A stretch of DNA of 64,000 nucleotides from Eledone cirrhosa. Taxonomy: Eukaryota. Shown one piece after another: positions 1 through 12,900 of this stretch. Location of the stretch: NCBI GenBank assembly GCA_964016885.1, contig OZ024741.1:8804001-8868000 (forward strand), given 5' to 3'. The stretch's first letter is position 1, and the number at the start of each line of letters is the position of its first letter. The notes beneath the pieces were generated by a model. The model worked only from the letters and a program-made list of their open reading frames with translations. It did not search any database and was not told the DNA's origin. A program made the position numbers and the translations under genes.

Positions 1-2409
1 CTCTGTCCTCCAGCCTCTCTGTCTTCCAGGCACTCTGTCTGTATATCAGTCTGTCTTCAGACTTCTCTGTCTTCCAGCCACTCTGTCTGTATATCAGAGG
101 GTTTTCCAGCCACTCTGTCTTCCAGCCTCTCTGTCTTCCAGCCACTCTGTCTTCCAGCCACTCTGTCTGTATATCAGTCTGTCTTTCAGCCACTCTGTCA
201 TCCAGCCACTCTGTCATCCAGCCACTCTGTCTGTATATCAGTCTGTCTTCCAGCCTCTCTGTCTTCCAGCCTCTCTGTCTGTAAATTATTCTGTTTCTGA
301 GCCTCTCTGTCTTCCAGCCTCTCTGTCTTCCAGCCACTCTGTCTGTATATCAGTCTGTCTTCTAGCCTCTCTGTCTTCCAGCCTCTCTGTCTGTATATTA
401 GTCTGTCTTCCAGCCTCTCTGTCTTCCAGCCACTCTGTGTTCCAGCCACTCTGTCTGTATATCAGTCTATCTTCCAGCCTCTCTGTCTTCCAGCCTCTCT
501 GTCTTCCAGCCTCTCTGTCTTCCAGCCAATCAGTCTTTCAGACTATCTGTCTTCCAACCACTCTGGCTTCCAGCCACTCTGTCTGTATATCAGTCTGACT
601 TCCAGCCACACTGTCTTCCAGCCACTCTGTCTTCCAGCCACTCTCTCTTCCAGCCTCTCTGTCTTGCAGTCACTCTGTCTGTATATCAGTCTGTCTTCTA
701 GCCTCTCTGTCTTCCAGCCTCTCTGTCTGTATCTCAGTCTGTCTTCCAGCCTCTCTGTCTTCCAGTAACTCTGTGTTCCAGCCACTCTGTCTGTATATCA
801 GTCTGTCTTCCAGCCACACTGTCTTCCAGCCACTCTGTCTTCCAGCCACTCTGTCCGTATATCAATATGTCTTCCAGCCACTCTGTCTTCCAGACACTCT
901 GCCTGTATATCAGTCTGTCTTCCAGCCTCTCTCTCTGTATATCACTCTGTCTTCCAGCCTCTCTGTCTTCCAGCCACTCTCTCTTCCAGCCAGTCTGTCT
1001 TCCAGCCTCTCTGTCTTCCAGCCTCTCTGTCTTCCTGTCTCTCTGTCTTCCAGCCACTCTATCTTCCAGCTTCTCTGTCTTCCAGCCACTCTGACTTCCA
1101 GCCTCTCTGTCTTCCAGTCTCTCTGTCTGTATATCAGTCTGTCTTCCAGCCAAATCACTCTTCCAGTTTCTCTGTCTGTATATTAGTCTGTCTTCCAGGC
1201 TCACTGTCTTCCAGCCACTCTGGGTGCATATCAGTCTGTCCTCCAGCCACTCTGTCTTCCAGTCGTTCTAGCTGTATATCAGTCTGTCTTCCAGCCACTC
1301 TGTCTTCCACCACACTGTCATCCAGGCACTCTGTCTTCCAGCCTCTCTGTCTTCCAGTATCTTTGTCTTCATATCAGTCTCTCCTCCAGCCACACTGTCT
1401 TCCAGTTTCTCTGTCTGTATATCAGTCTGTCTTCCAGCCTCTTTGTCTTCCAGCCACTCTGTCTGTATATTAGTCTGTCTTCCAGACACTCTGTCTTCCA
1501 GCCACTCTCTCTTCCAGCCTCTCTGTCTTCCAGCCTCTCTGTCTGTATATTAGTCTGTCTCCGAACCTCTCTGTCTTCCAGCCACTCTGTCTTCGAACCA
1601 CTCTGTCTGTATATCAGTCTGTCTTCCAGTCCCTCTGTCTGTATATCAGTCTGTCATCCAGCCACTCTGTCTTCCAGCCACTCTGTCTTCAAGCCAGTCT
1701 GTCATCCAGCCACTCTGTCTTCCAACCTCTCTGTCTTCCAGCCACTCTATCTTCCAGCCTCTCTGTCTTCCAGCCAATCTGTCTTCCAGCCACTCTGTCT
1801 GTATATCAGTCTGTCTTCCAGTCCCTCTGTCTGTATATCAGTCTGTCATCCAGCCACTCTGTCTTCCAGCCACTCTGTCTTCAAGCCAGTCTGTCATCCA
1901 GCCACTCTGTCTTCCAACCTCTCTGTCTTCCAGCCACTCTGTCTTCCAGCCTCTCTGTCTTCCAGCCACTCTGTCTTCCAACCTCTCTGTCTTCCAGCCA
2001 CTCTGTCTTCCAGCCTCTCTGTCTTCCAGCCACACTGTCTGTATACCAGACTGTCTTCCAGGCTCTCTGTCCTCCAGCCTCTCTGTCTTCCAGGCACTCT
2101 GTCTGTATATCAGTCTGTCTTCAGACTTCTCTGTCTTCCAGCCACTCTGTCTGTATATCAGAGGGTTTTCCAGCCACTCTGTCTTCCAGCCTCTCTGTCT
2201 TCCAGCCACTCTGTCTTCCAGCCACTCTGTCTGTATATCAGTCTGTCTTTCAGCCACTCTGTCATCCAGCCACTCTGTCATCCAGCCACTCTGTCTGTAT
2301 ATCAGTCTGTCTTCCAGCCTCTCTGTCTTCCAGCCTCTCTGTCTTCCAGCCACTCTGTCTGTAAATTATTCTGTTTCTGAGCCTCTCTGTCTTCCAGCCT
2401 CTCTGTCTT

Positions 2410-3920
2410 CCAGCCACTCTGTCTGTATATCAGTCTGTCTTCTAGCCTCTCTGTCTTCCAGCCTCTCTGTCTGTATATTAGTCTGTCTTCCAGCCTCTCT
2501 GTCTTCCAGCCACTCTGTGTTCCAGCCGCTCTGTCTGTATATCAGTCTATCTTCCAGCCTCTCTGTCTTCCAGCCTCTCTGTCTTCCAGCCTCTCTGTCT
2601 TCCAGCCTCTCTGTCTTCCAGCCAATCAGTCTATCAGACTATCTGTCTTCCAACCACTCTGTCTTCCAGCCACTCTGTCTGTATATCAGTCTGACTTCCA
2701 GCCACACTGTCTTCCAGCCACTCTGTCTTCCAGCCACTCTCTCTTCCAGCCTCTCTGTCTTGCAGCCACTCTGTCTGTATATCAGTCTGTCTTCTAGCCT
2801 CTCTGTCTTCCAGCCTCTCTGTCTGTATATCAGTCTGTCTTCCAGCCTCTCTGTCTTCCAGTAACTCTGTGTTCCAGCGACTCTGTCTGTATATCAGTCT
2901 GTCTTCCAGCCACTCTGTCTTCCAGCCACTCTGTCTTCCAGCCACTCTGTCTTCCAGCCACTCTGTCCGTATATCAATATTTCTTCCAGCCACTCTGTCT
3001 TCCAGACACTCTGTCTGTATATCAGTCTGTCTTCCAGCCTCTCTCTCTGTATATCACTCTGTCTTCCAGCCTCTCTGTCTTCCAGCCACTCTCTCTTCCA
3101 GCCAGTCTGTCTTCCAGCCTCTCTGTCTTCCAGCCTCTCTGTCTTCCTGTCTCTCTGTCTTCCAGCCACTCTGTCTGTATATCAGTCTGTCTTCTAGCCT
3201 CTCTGTCTTCCAGCCTCTCTGTCTGTATATTAGTCTGTCTTCCAGCCTCTCTGTCTTCCAGCCACTCTGTGTTCCAGCCACTCTGTCTGTATATCAGTCT
3301 ATCTTCCAGCCTCTCTGTCTTCCAGCCTCTCTGTCTTCCAGCCTCTCTGTCTTCCAGCCTCTCTGTCTTCCAGCCAATCAGTCTTTCAGACTATCTGTCT
3401 TCCAACCACTCTGTCTTCCAGCCACTCTGTCTGTATATCAGTCTGACTTCCAGCCACACTGTCTTCCAGCCACTCTGTCTTCCAGCCACTCTCTCTTCCA
3501 GCCTCTCTGTCTTGCAGCCACTCTGTCTGTATATCAGTCTGTCTTCTAGCCTCTCTGTCTTCCAGCCTCTCTGTCTGTATATCAGTCTGTCTTCCAGCCT
3601 CTCTGTCTTCCAGTAACACTGTGTTCCAGCCACTCTGTCTGTATATCAGTCTGTCTTCCAGCCACTCTGTCTTCCAGCCACTCTGTCTTCCAGCCACTCT
3701 GTCTTCCAGCCACTCTGTCCGTATATCAATATTTCTTCCAGCCACTCTGTCTTCCAGACACTCTGTCTGTATATCAGTCTGTCTTCCAGCCTCTCTCTCT
3801 GTATATCACTCTGTCTTCCAGCCTCTCTGTCTTCCAGCCACTCTCTCTTCCAGCCAGTCTGTCTTCCAGCCTCTCTGTCTTCCAGCCTCTCTGTCTTCCT
3901 GTCTCTCTGTCTTCCAGCCA
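2410..3920. repeat. Tandem duplication of a 752-bp (47-monomer) block
   Basis: Identical or near-identical ORF translations are offset by exactly 752 bp (2517/3269, 2634/3386, 2869/3621); both copies share the CCGTATATCAATATTT variant. Confidence 0.85.
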
Positions 3921-6900
3921 CTCTATCTTCCAGCCTCTCTGTCTTCCAGCCACTCTGACTTCCAGCCTCTCTGTCTTCCAGTCTCTCTGTCTGTATATCA
4001 GTCTGTCTTCCAGCCAAATCAGTCTTCCAGTTTCTCTGTCTGTATATTCGTCTGTCTTCCAGGCTCACTGTCTTCCAGCCACTCTGGGTGCATATCAGTC
4101 TGTCTTCCAGCCACTCTGTCTTCCAGTCGTTCTAGCTGTATATCAGTCTGTCTTCCAGCCACTCTGTCTTCCACCACACTGTCATCCAGGCACTCTGTCT
4201 TCCAGCCTCTCTGTCTTCCAGTATCTTTGTCTTCATATCAGTCTCTCTTCCAGCCACACTGTCTTCCAGTTTCTCTGTCTGTATATCAGTCTGTCTTCCA
4301 GCCTCTTTGTCTTCCAGCCACTCTGTCTGTATATTAGTCTGTCTTCCAGACACTCTGTCTTCCAGCCACTCTCTCTTCCAGCCTCTCTGTCTTCCAGCCT
4401 CTCTGTCTGTATATTAGTCTGTCTCCGAACCTCTCTGTCTTCCAGCCACTCTGTCTTCCAGCCACTCTGTCTGTATATCAGTCTGTCTTCCAGCCTCTCT
4501 GTCTGTATATTAGTCTGTCTTCCAGCCTCTCTGTCTACAAGCCACTCTGTCTTCTAGCCTCTCTGTCTTCCAGCCTCTCTGTCTTCCAGCCACTCTGTCT
4601 TCCAGCCACTCTGTCTGTATATCAGTCTGTCTTCCAGTCCCTCTGTCTGTATATCAGACTGTCTTGCAGCCTCTCTGTCATCCAGCCACTCTGTCTTCCA
4701 GCCACTCTGTCTTCAAGCCAGTCGGTCATCCAGCCACTCTGTCTTCCAACCTCTCTGTCTTCCAGCCACTCTGTCTTCCAGCCACTCTGTCTTCCAACCT
4801 CTCTGTCTTCCAGCCACTCTGTCTTCCAGCCTCTCTGTCTTCCAGCCGAACTGTCTGTATACCAGACTGTCTTCCAGGCTCTCTGTCTTCCAGCCTCTCT
4901 GTCTTCCAGGCACTCTGTCTGTATATCAGTCTGTCTTCAGGCTTCTCTGTCTTCCAGCCACTCTGTCTTCCAGCCACTCTGTCTGTATATTATACTCTTT
5001 CTGAGCCTCTCTGTCTTCCAGCCACTCTGTCTTCTAGCCACTCTGTCTGTATATCAGTCTGTCTTCTAGCCTCTCTGTCTTCCAGCCTCTCTGTCTCTAT
5101 ATCAGTCTGTCTTCCAGCCTCTCTGTCTTCCAGTCACTCTGTGTTCCCGCCACTCTGTCTGTATATCAGTCTGTCTTCCAGCCTCTCTGTCTTCCAGCCA
5201 CTCAGTCTTCCAGACTCTCTGTCTTCCACCTTCTCTGTCTTCCAGCCACTGTGTCTGTATATCAGACTGTCTTCCAGCCTCTCTGTATTCCAGCCACTCT
5301 GTCTTCCAGCCACTCTGTCCGTATATCAATATGTCTTCCAGCCACTCTGTCTTCCAGACACTCTGTCTGTATATTAGTCTGTCTTCCAGCCTCTCTCTCT
5401 GTATATCACTCTGTCTTCCAGCCTCTCTGTCTTCCAGCCACTCTGTCTTCCAGCCACTCTGTCTTCCAGCCACTCTGTCTTCCAGCTAGTCTGTCTTCCA
5501 GCCTCTCTGTCTTCCAGCCTCTCTGTGTTCCAGTCTCTCTGTCTTCCAGCCAATCTGTCTTCCAGCCTCTCTGTCTTCCAGCCACTCTGTCTTCCAGCCT
5601 CTCTGTCTTCCAGTCTCTCTGTCTGTATATCAGTCTGTCTTCCAGCCAATCAGTCTTCCAGTTTCTCTGTCTGTATATTAGTCTGTCTTCCATCCTCACT
5701 GTCTTCCAGCCACTCTGGGTGTATATCAGTCTGTCTTCCAGCCACTCTGTCTTCCAGTCGTTCTAACTGTATATCAGTCTGTCTTCCAGCCACTCTGTCT
5801 TCCACCACACTGTCATCCAGGCACTCTGTCTTCCAGCCTCTCTGTCTTCCAGTCTCTTTGTCTTCATATCAGTCTGTCTTCCAGCCACACTGTCTTCCAG
5901 TTTCTCTGTCTGTATATCAGTCTGTCTTCTGCCCTCTTTGTCTTCCAGCCAATCTGTCTGTATATTAGTCTATCTTCCAGCCTCTCTGTCTTCCAGCCTC
6001 TCTGTCTTCCAGCCTCTCTGTCTTCCAGCCTCTCTGTCTTCCAGCCAATCAGTCTTTCAGACTATCTGTCTTCCAACCACTCTGTCTTCCAGCCACTCTG
6101 TCTGTATATCAGTCTGACTTCCAGCCACACTGTCTTCCAGCCACTCTGTCTTCCAGCCACTCTCTCTTCCAGCCTCTCTGTCTTGCAGCCACTCTGTCTG
6201 TATATCAGTCTGTCTTCTAGCCTCTCTGTCTTCCAGCCTCTCTGTCAGTATATCAGTCTGTCTTCCAGCCTCTCTGTCTTCCAGTAACTCTGTGTTCCAG
6301 CCACTCTGTCTGTATATCAGTCTGTCTTCCAGCCACTCTGTCTTCCAGCCACTCTGTCTTCCAGCCACTCTGTCCGTATATCAATATTTCTTCCAGCCAC
6401 TCTGTCTTCCAGACACTCTGTCTGTATATCAGTCTGTCTTCCAGCCTCTCTCTCTGTATATCACTCTGTCTTCCAGCCTCTCTGTCTTCCAGCCACTCTC
6501 TCCTCCAGCCAGTCTGTCTTCCAGCCTCTCTGTCTTCCAGCCTCTCTGTCTTCCTGTCTCTCTGTCTTCCAGCCACTCTATCTTCCAGCCTCTCTGTCTT
6601 CCAGCCACTCTGACTTCCAGCCTCTCTGTCTTCCAGTCTCTCTGTCTGTATATCAGTCTGTCTTCCAGCCAAATCAGTCTTCCAGTTTCTCTGTCTGTAT
6701 ATTAGTCTGTCTTCCAGGCTCACTGTCTTCCAGCCACTCTGGGTGCATATCAGTCTGTCTTCCAGCCACTCTGTCTTCCAGTCGTTCTAGCTGTATATCA
6801 GTCTGTCTTCCAGCCACTCTGTCTTCCACCACACTGTCATCCAGGCACTCTGTCTTCCAGCCTCTCTGTCTTCCAGTATCTTTGTCTTCATATCAGTCTC

Positions 6901-9900
6901 TCTTCCAGCCACACTGTCTTCCAGTTTCTCTGTCTGTATATCAGTCTGTCTTCCAGCCTCTTTGTCTTCCAGCCACTCTGTCTGTATATTAGTCTGTCTT
7001 CCAGACACTCTGTCTTCCAGCCACTCTCTCTTCCAGCCTCTCTGTCTTCCAGCCACTCTGTCTTCCAGCCACTCTGTCTGTATATCAGTCTGTCTTCCAG
7101 CCTCTCTGTCTGTATATTAGTCTGTCTTCCAGCCTCTCTGTCTACAAGCCACTCTGTCTTCTAGCCTCTCTGTCTTCCAGCCTCTCTGTCTTCCAGCCAC
7201 TCTGTCTTCCAGCCACTCTGTCTGTATATCAGTCTGTCTTCCAGTCCCTCTGTCTGTATATCAGACTGTCTTGCAGCCTCTCTGTCATCCAGCCACTCTG
7301 TCTTCCAGCCACTCTGTCTTCAAGCCAGTCGGTCATCCAGCCACTCTGTCTTCCAACCTCTCTGTCTTCCAGCCACTCTGTCTTCCAGCCACTCTGTCTT
7401 CCAACCTCTCTGTCTTCCAGCCACTCTGTCTTCCAGCCTCTCTGTCTTCCAGCCGAACTGTCTGTATACCAGACTGTCTTCCAGGCTCTCTGTCTTCCAG
7501 CCTCTCTGTCTTCCAGGCACTCTGTCTGTATATCAGTCTGTCTTCAGGCTTCTCTGTCTTCCAGCCACTCTGTCTTCCAGCCACTCTGTCTGTATATTAT
7601 ACTCTTTCTGAGCCTCTCTGTCTTCCAGCCACTCTGTCTTCTAGCCACTCTGTCTGTATATCAGTCTGTCTTCTAGCCTCTCTGTCTTCCAGCCTCTCTG
7701 TCTGTATATCAGTCTGTCTTCCAGCCTCTCTGTCTTCCAGTCACTCTGTGTTCCAGCCACTCTGTCTGTATATCAGTCTGTCTTCCAGCCTCTCTGTCTT
7801 CCAGCCACTCAGTCTTCCAGACTCTCTGTCTTCCACCTTCTCTGTCTTCCAGCCACTGTGTCTGTATATCAGACTGTCTTCGAGCCTCTCTGTATTCCAG
7901 CCACTCTGTCTTCCAGCCACTCTGTCCGTATATCAATATGTCTTCCAGCCACTCTGTCTTCCAGACACTCTGTCTGTATATTAGTCTGTCTTCCAGCCTC
8001 TCTCTCTGTATATCACTCTGTCTTCCAGCCTCTCTGTCTTCCAGCCACTCTGTCTTCCAGCCACTCTGTCTTCCAGCCACTCTGTCTTCCAGCTAGTCTG
8101 TCTTCCAGCCTCTCTGTCTTCCAGCCTCTCTGTGTTCCAGTCTCTCTGTCTTCCAACCAATCTGTCTTCCAGCCTCTCTGTCTTCCAGCCACTCTGTCTT
8201 CCAGCCTCTCTGTCTTCCAGTCTCTCTGTCTGTATATCAGTCTGTCTTCCAGCCAATCAGTCTTCCAGTTTCTCTGTCTGTATATTAGTCTGTCTTCCAT
8301 CCTCACTGTCTTCCAGCCACTCTGGGTGTATATCAGTCTGTCTTCCAGCCACTCTGTCTTCCAGTCGTTCTAACTGTATATCAGTCTGTCTTCCAGCCAC
8401 TCTGTCTTCCACCACACTGTCATCCAGGCACTCTGTCTTCCAGCCTCTCTGTCTTCCAGTCTCTTTGTCTTCATATCAGTCTGTCTTCCAGCCACACTGT
8501 CTTCCAGTTTCTCTGTCTGTATATCAGTCTGTCTTCTGCCCTCTTTGTCTTCCAGCCAATCTGTCTGTATATTAGTCTGTCTTCCAGACACTCTGTCTTC
8601 CAGCCACTCTCTCTTCCAGCCTCTCTGTCTTCCAGCCTCTCTGTCTGTATATTAGTCTGTCTCCGAACCTCTCTGTCTTCCAGCCACTCTGTCTTCCAGC
8701 CACTCTGTCTGTATATCAGTCTATCTTCCAGCCTCTCTGTCTTCCAGCCACTCTGTTATTCCAGCCACTCTGTCTGTATATCAGTCTGTCTTCCAGCCTC
8801 TCTGTCTACAAGCCACTCTGTCTTCCAGCCACTCTGTCTGTATATCAGTCTGTCTTCCAGTACCTCTGTCTGTATATCAGTCTCTCATCCAGCCACTCTG
8901 TCTTCCAGCCACTCTGTCTTCCAGCCTCTCTGTCTTCCAGCCAATCTGTCTTCCAGCCACTCTGTCTGTATATCAGTCTGTATTCCAGTCCCTCTGTCTG
9001 TATATCAGTCTGTCATCCAGCCACTCTGTCTTCCAGCCACTCTGTCTTCAAGCCAGTCTGTCATCCAGCCACTCTGTCTTCCAACCTCTCTGTCTTCCAG
9101 CCACTCTGTCTTCCAGCCTCTCTGTCTTCCAGCCACTCTGTCTTCCAACCTCTCTGTCTTCCAGCCACTCTGTCTTCCAGCCTCTCTGTCTTCCAGCCAC
9201 ACTGTCTGTATACCAGACTGTCTTCCAGGCTCTCTGTCCTCCAGCCTCTCTGTCTTCCAGGCACTCTGTCTGTATATCAGTCTGTCTTCTAGCCTCTCTG
9301 TCTTCCAGCCTCTCTGTCTGTATATTAGTCTGTCTTCCAGCCTCTCTGTCTTCCAGCCACTCTGTGTTCCAGCCACTCTGTCTGTATATCAGTCTATCTT
9401 CCAGCCTCTCTGTCTTCCAGCCTCTCTGTCTTCCAGCCTCTCTGTCTTCCAGCCTCTCTGTCTTCCAGCCTCTCTGTCTTCCAGCCAATCAGTCTTTCAG
9501 ACTATCTGTCTTCCAACCACTCTGTCTTCCAGCCACTCTGTCTGTATATCAGTCTGACTTCCAGCCACACTGTCTTCCAGCCACTCTGTCTTCCAGCCAC
9601 TCTCTCTTCCAGCCTCTCTGTCTTGCAGCCACTCTGTCTGTATATCAGTCTGTCTTCTAGCCTCTCTGTCTTCCAGCCTCTCTGTCTGTATATCAGTCTG
9701 TCTTCCAGCCTCTCTGTCTTCCAGTAACACTGTGTTCCAGCCACTCTGTCTGTATATCAGTCTGTCTTCCAGCCACTCTGTCTTCCAGCCACTCTGTCTT
9801 CCAGCCACTCTGTCTTCCAGCCACTCTGTCCGTATATCAATATTTCTTCCAGCCACTCTGTCTTCCAGACACTCTGTCTGTATATCAGTCTGTCTTCCAG

Positions 9901-12900
9901 CCTCTCTCTCTGTATATCACTCTGTCTTCCAGCCTCTCTGTCTTCCAGCCACTCTCTCTTCCAGCCAGTCTGTCTTCCAGCCTCTCTGTCTTCCAGCCTC
10001 TCTGTCTTCCTGTCTCTCTGTCTTCCAGCCACTCTATCTTCCAGCCTCTCTGTCTTCCAGCCACTCTGACTTCCAGCCTCTCTGTCTTCCAGTCTCTCTG
10101 TCTGTATATCAGTCTGTCTTCCAGCCAAATCAGTCTTCCAGTTTCTCTGTCTGTATATTAGTCTGTCTTCCAGGCTCACTGTCTTCCAGCCAATCTGGGT
10201 GCATATCAGTCTGTCTTCCAGCCACTCTGTCTTCCAGTCGTTCTAGCTGTATATCAGTCTGTCTTCCAGCCACTCTGTCTTCCACCACACTGTCATCCAG
10301 GCACTCTGTCTTCCAGCCTCTCTGTCTTCCAGTATCTTTGTCTTCATATCAGTCTCTCTTCCAGCCACACTGTCTTCCAGTTTCTCTGTCTGTATATCAG
10401 TCTGTCTTCCAGCCTCTTTGTCTTCCAGCCACTCTGTCTGTATATTAGTCTGTCTTCCAGACACTCTGTCTTCCAGCCACTCTCTCTTCCAGCCTCTCTG
10501 TCTTCCAGCCTCTCTGTCTGTATATTAGTCTGTCTCCGAACCTCTCTGTCTTCCAGCCACTCTGTCTTCCAGCCACTCTGTCTGTATATCAGTCTGTCTT
10601 CCAGCCTCTCTGTCTGTATATTAGTCTGTCTTCCAGCCTCTCTGTCTACAAGCCACTCTGTCTTCTAGCCTCTCTGTCTTCCAGCCTCTCTGTCTTCCAG
10701 CCACTCTGTCTTCCAGCCACTCTGTCTGTATATCAGTCTGTCTTCCAGTCCCTCTGTCTGTATATCAGACTGTCTTGCAGCCTCTCTGTCATCCAGCCAC
10801 TCTGTCTTCCAGCCACTCTGTCTTCAAGCCAGTCGGTCATCCAGCCACTCTGTCTTCCAACCTCTCTGTCTTCCAGCCACTCTGTCTTCCAGCCACTCTG
10901 TCTTCCAACCTCTCTGTCTTCCAGCCACTCTGTCTTCCAGCCTCTCTGTCTTCCAGCCGAACTGTCTGTATACCAGACTGTCTTCCAGGCTCTCTGTCTT
11001 CCAGCCTCTCTGTCTTCCAGGCACTCTGTCTGTATATCAGTCTGTCTTCAGGCTTCTCTGTCTTCCAGCCACTCTGTCTTCCAGCCACTCTGTCTGTATA
11101 TTATACTCTTTCTGAGCCTCTCTGTCTTCCAGCCACTCTGTCTTCTAGCCACTCTGTCTGTATATCAGTCTGTCTTCTAGCTTCTCTGTCTTCCAGCCTC
11201 TCTGTCTCTATATCAGTCTGTCTTCCAGCCTCTCTGTCTTCCAGTCACTCTGTGTTCCCGCCACTCTGTCTGTATATCAGTCTGTCTTCCAGCCTCTCTG
11301 TCTTCCAGCCACTCAGTCTTCCAGACTCTCTGTCTTCCACCTTCTCTGTCTTCCAGCCACTGTGTCTGTATATCAGACTGTCTTCCAGCCTCTCTGTATT
11401 CCAGCCACTCTGTCTTCCAGCCACTCTGTCCGTATATCAATATGTCTTCCAGCCACTCTGTCTTCCAGACACTCTGTCTGTATATTAGTCTGTCTTCCAG
11501 CCTCTCTCTCTGTATATCACTCTGTCTTCCAGCCTCTCTGTCTTCCAGCCACTCTGTCTTCCAGCCACTCTGTCTTCCAGCCACTCTGTCTTCCAGCTAG
11601 TCTGTCTTCCAGCCTCTCTGTCTTCCAGCCTCTCTGTGTTCCAGTCTCTCTGTCTTCCAGCCAATCTGTCTTCCAGCCTCTCTGTCTTCCAGCCACTCTG
11701 TCTTCCAGCCTCTCTGTCTTCCATTCTCTCTGTCTGTATATCAGTCTGTCTTCCAGCCAATCAGTCTTCCAGTTTCTCTGTCTGTATATTAGTCTGTCTT
11801 CCATCCTCACTGTCTTCCAGCCACTCTGGGTGTATATCAGTCTGTCTTCCAGCCACTCTGTCTTCCAGTCGTTCTAACTGTATATCAGTCTGTCTTCCAG
11901 CCACTCTGTCTTCCACCACACTGTCATCCAGGCACTCTGTCTTCCAGCCTCTCTGTCTTCCAGTCTCTTTGTCTTCATATCAGTCTGTCTTCCAGCCACA
12001 CTGTCTTCCAGTTTCTCTGTCTGTATATCAGTCTGTCTTCTGCCCTCTTTGTCTTCCAGCCAATCTGTCTGTATATTAGTCTATCTTCCAGCCTCTCTGT
12101 CTTCCAGCCTCTCTGTCTTCCAGCCTCTCTGTCTTCCAGCCTCTCTGTCTTCCAGCCAATCAGTCTTTCAGACTATCTGTCTTCCAACCACTCTGTCTTC
12201 CAGCCACTCTGTCTGTATATCAGTCTGACTTCCAGCCACACTGTCTTCCAGCCACTCTGTCTTCCAGCCACTCTCTCTTCCAGCCTCTCTGTCTTGCAGC
12301 CACTCTGTCTGTATATCAGTCTGTCTTCTAGCCTCTCTGTCTTCCAGCCTCTCTGTCAGTATATCAGTCTGTCTTCCAGCCTCTCTGTCTTCCAGTAACT
12401 CTGTGTTCCAGCCACTCTGTCTGTATATCAGTCTGTCTTCCAGCCACTCTGTCTTCCAGCCACTCTGTCTTCCAGCCACTCTGTCCGTATATCAATATTT
12501 CTTCCAGCCACTCTGTCTTCCAGACACTCTGTCTGTATATCAGTCTGTCTTCCAGCCTCTCTCTCTGTATATCACTCTGTCTTCCAGCCTCTCTGTCTTC
12601 CAGCCACTCTCTCCTCCAGCCAGTCTGTCTTCCAGCCTCTCTGTCTTCCAGCCTCTCTGTCTTCCTGTCTCTCTGTCTTCCAGCCACTCTATCTTCCAGC
12701 CTCTCTGTCTTCCAGCCACTCTGACTTCCAGCCTCTCTGTCTTCCAGTCTCTCTGTCTGTATATCAGTCTGTCTTCCAGCCAAATCAGTCTTCCAGTTTC
12801 TCTGTCTGTATATTAGTCTGTCTTCCAGGCTCACTGTCTTCCAGCCACTCTGGGTGCATATCAGTCTGTCTTCCAGCCACTCTGTCTTCCAGTCGTTCTA

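Noticed and set aside
33-56. GTATAT as a TATA box; GTCT/CAGAC as SMAD elements; GGAA as an ETS core
   Set aside because: These are short motifs intrinsic to the monomer, with no full consensus and no gene nearby. They cannot be supported without binding data.
97-107. GAGGGTTTTCC variant resembling a Rel/NF-kB site or a telomeric repeat
   Set aside because: It is a single mutated monomer start propagated by duplication, never tandem, and has no promoter or telomere context.
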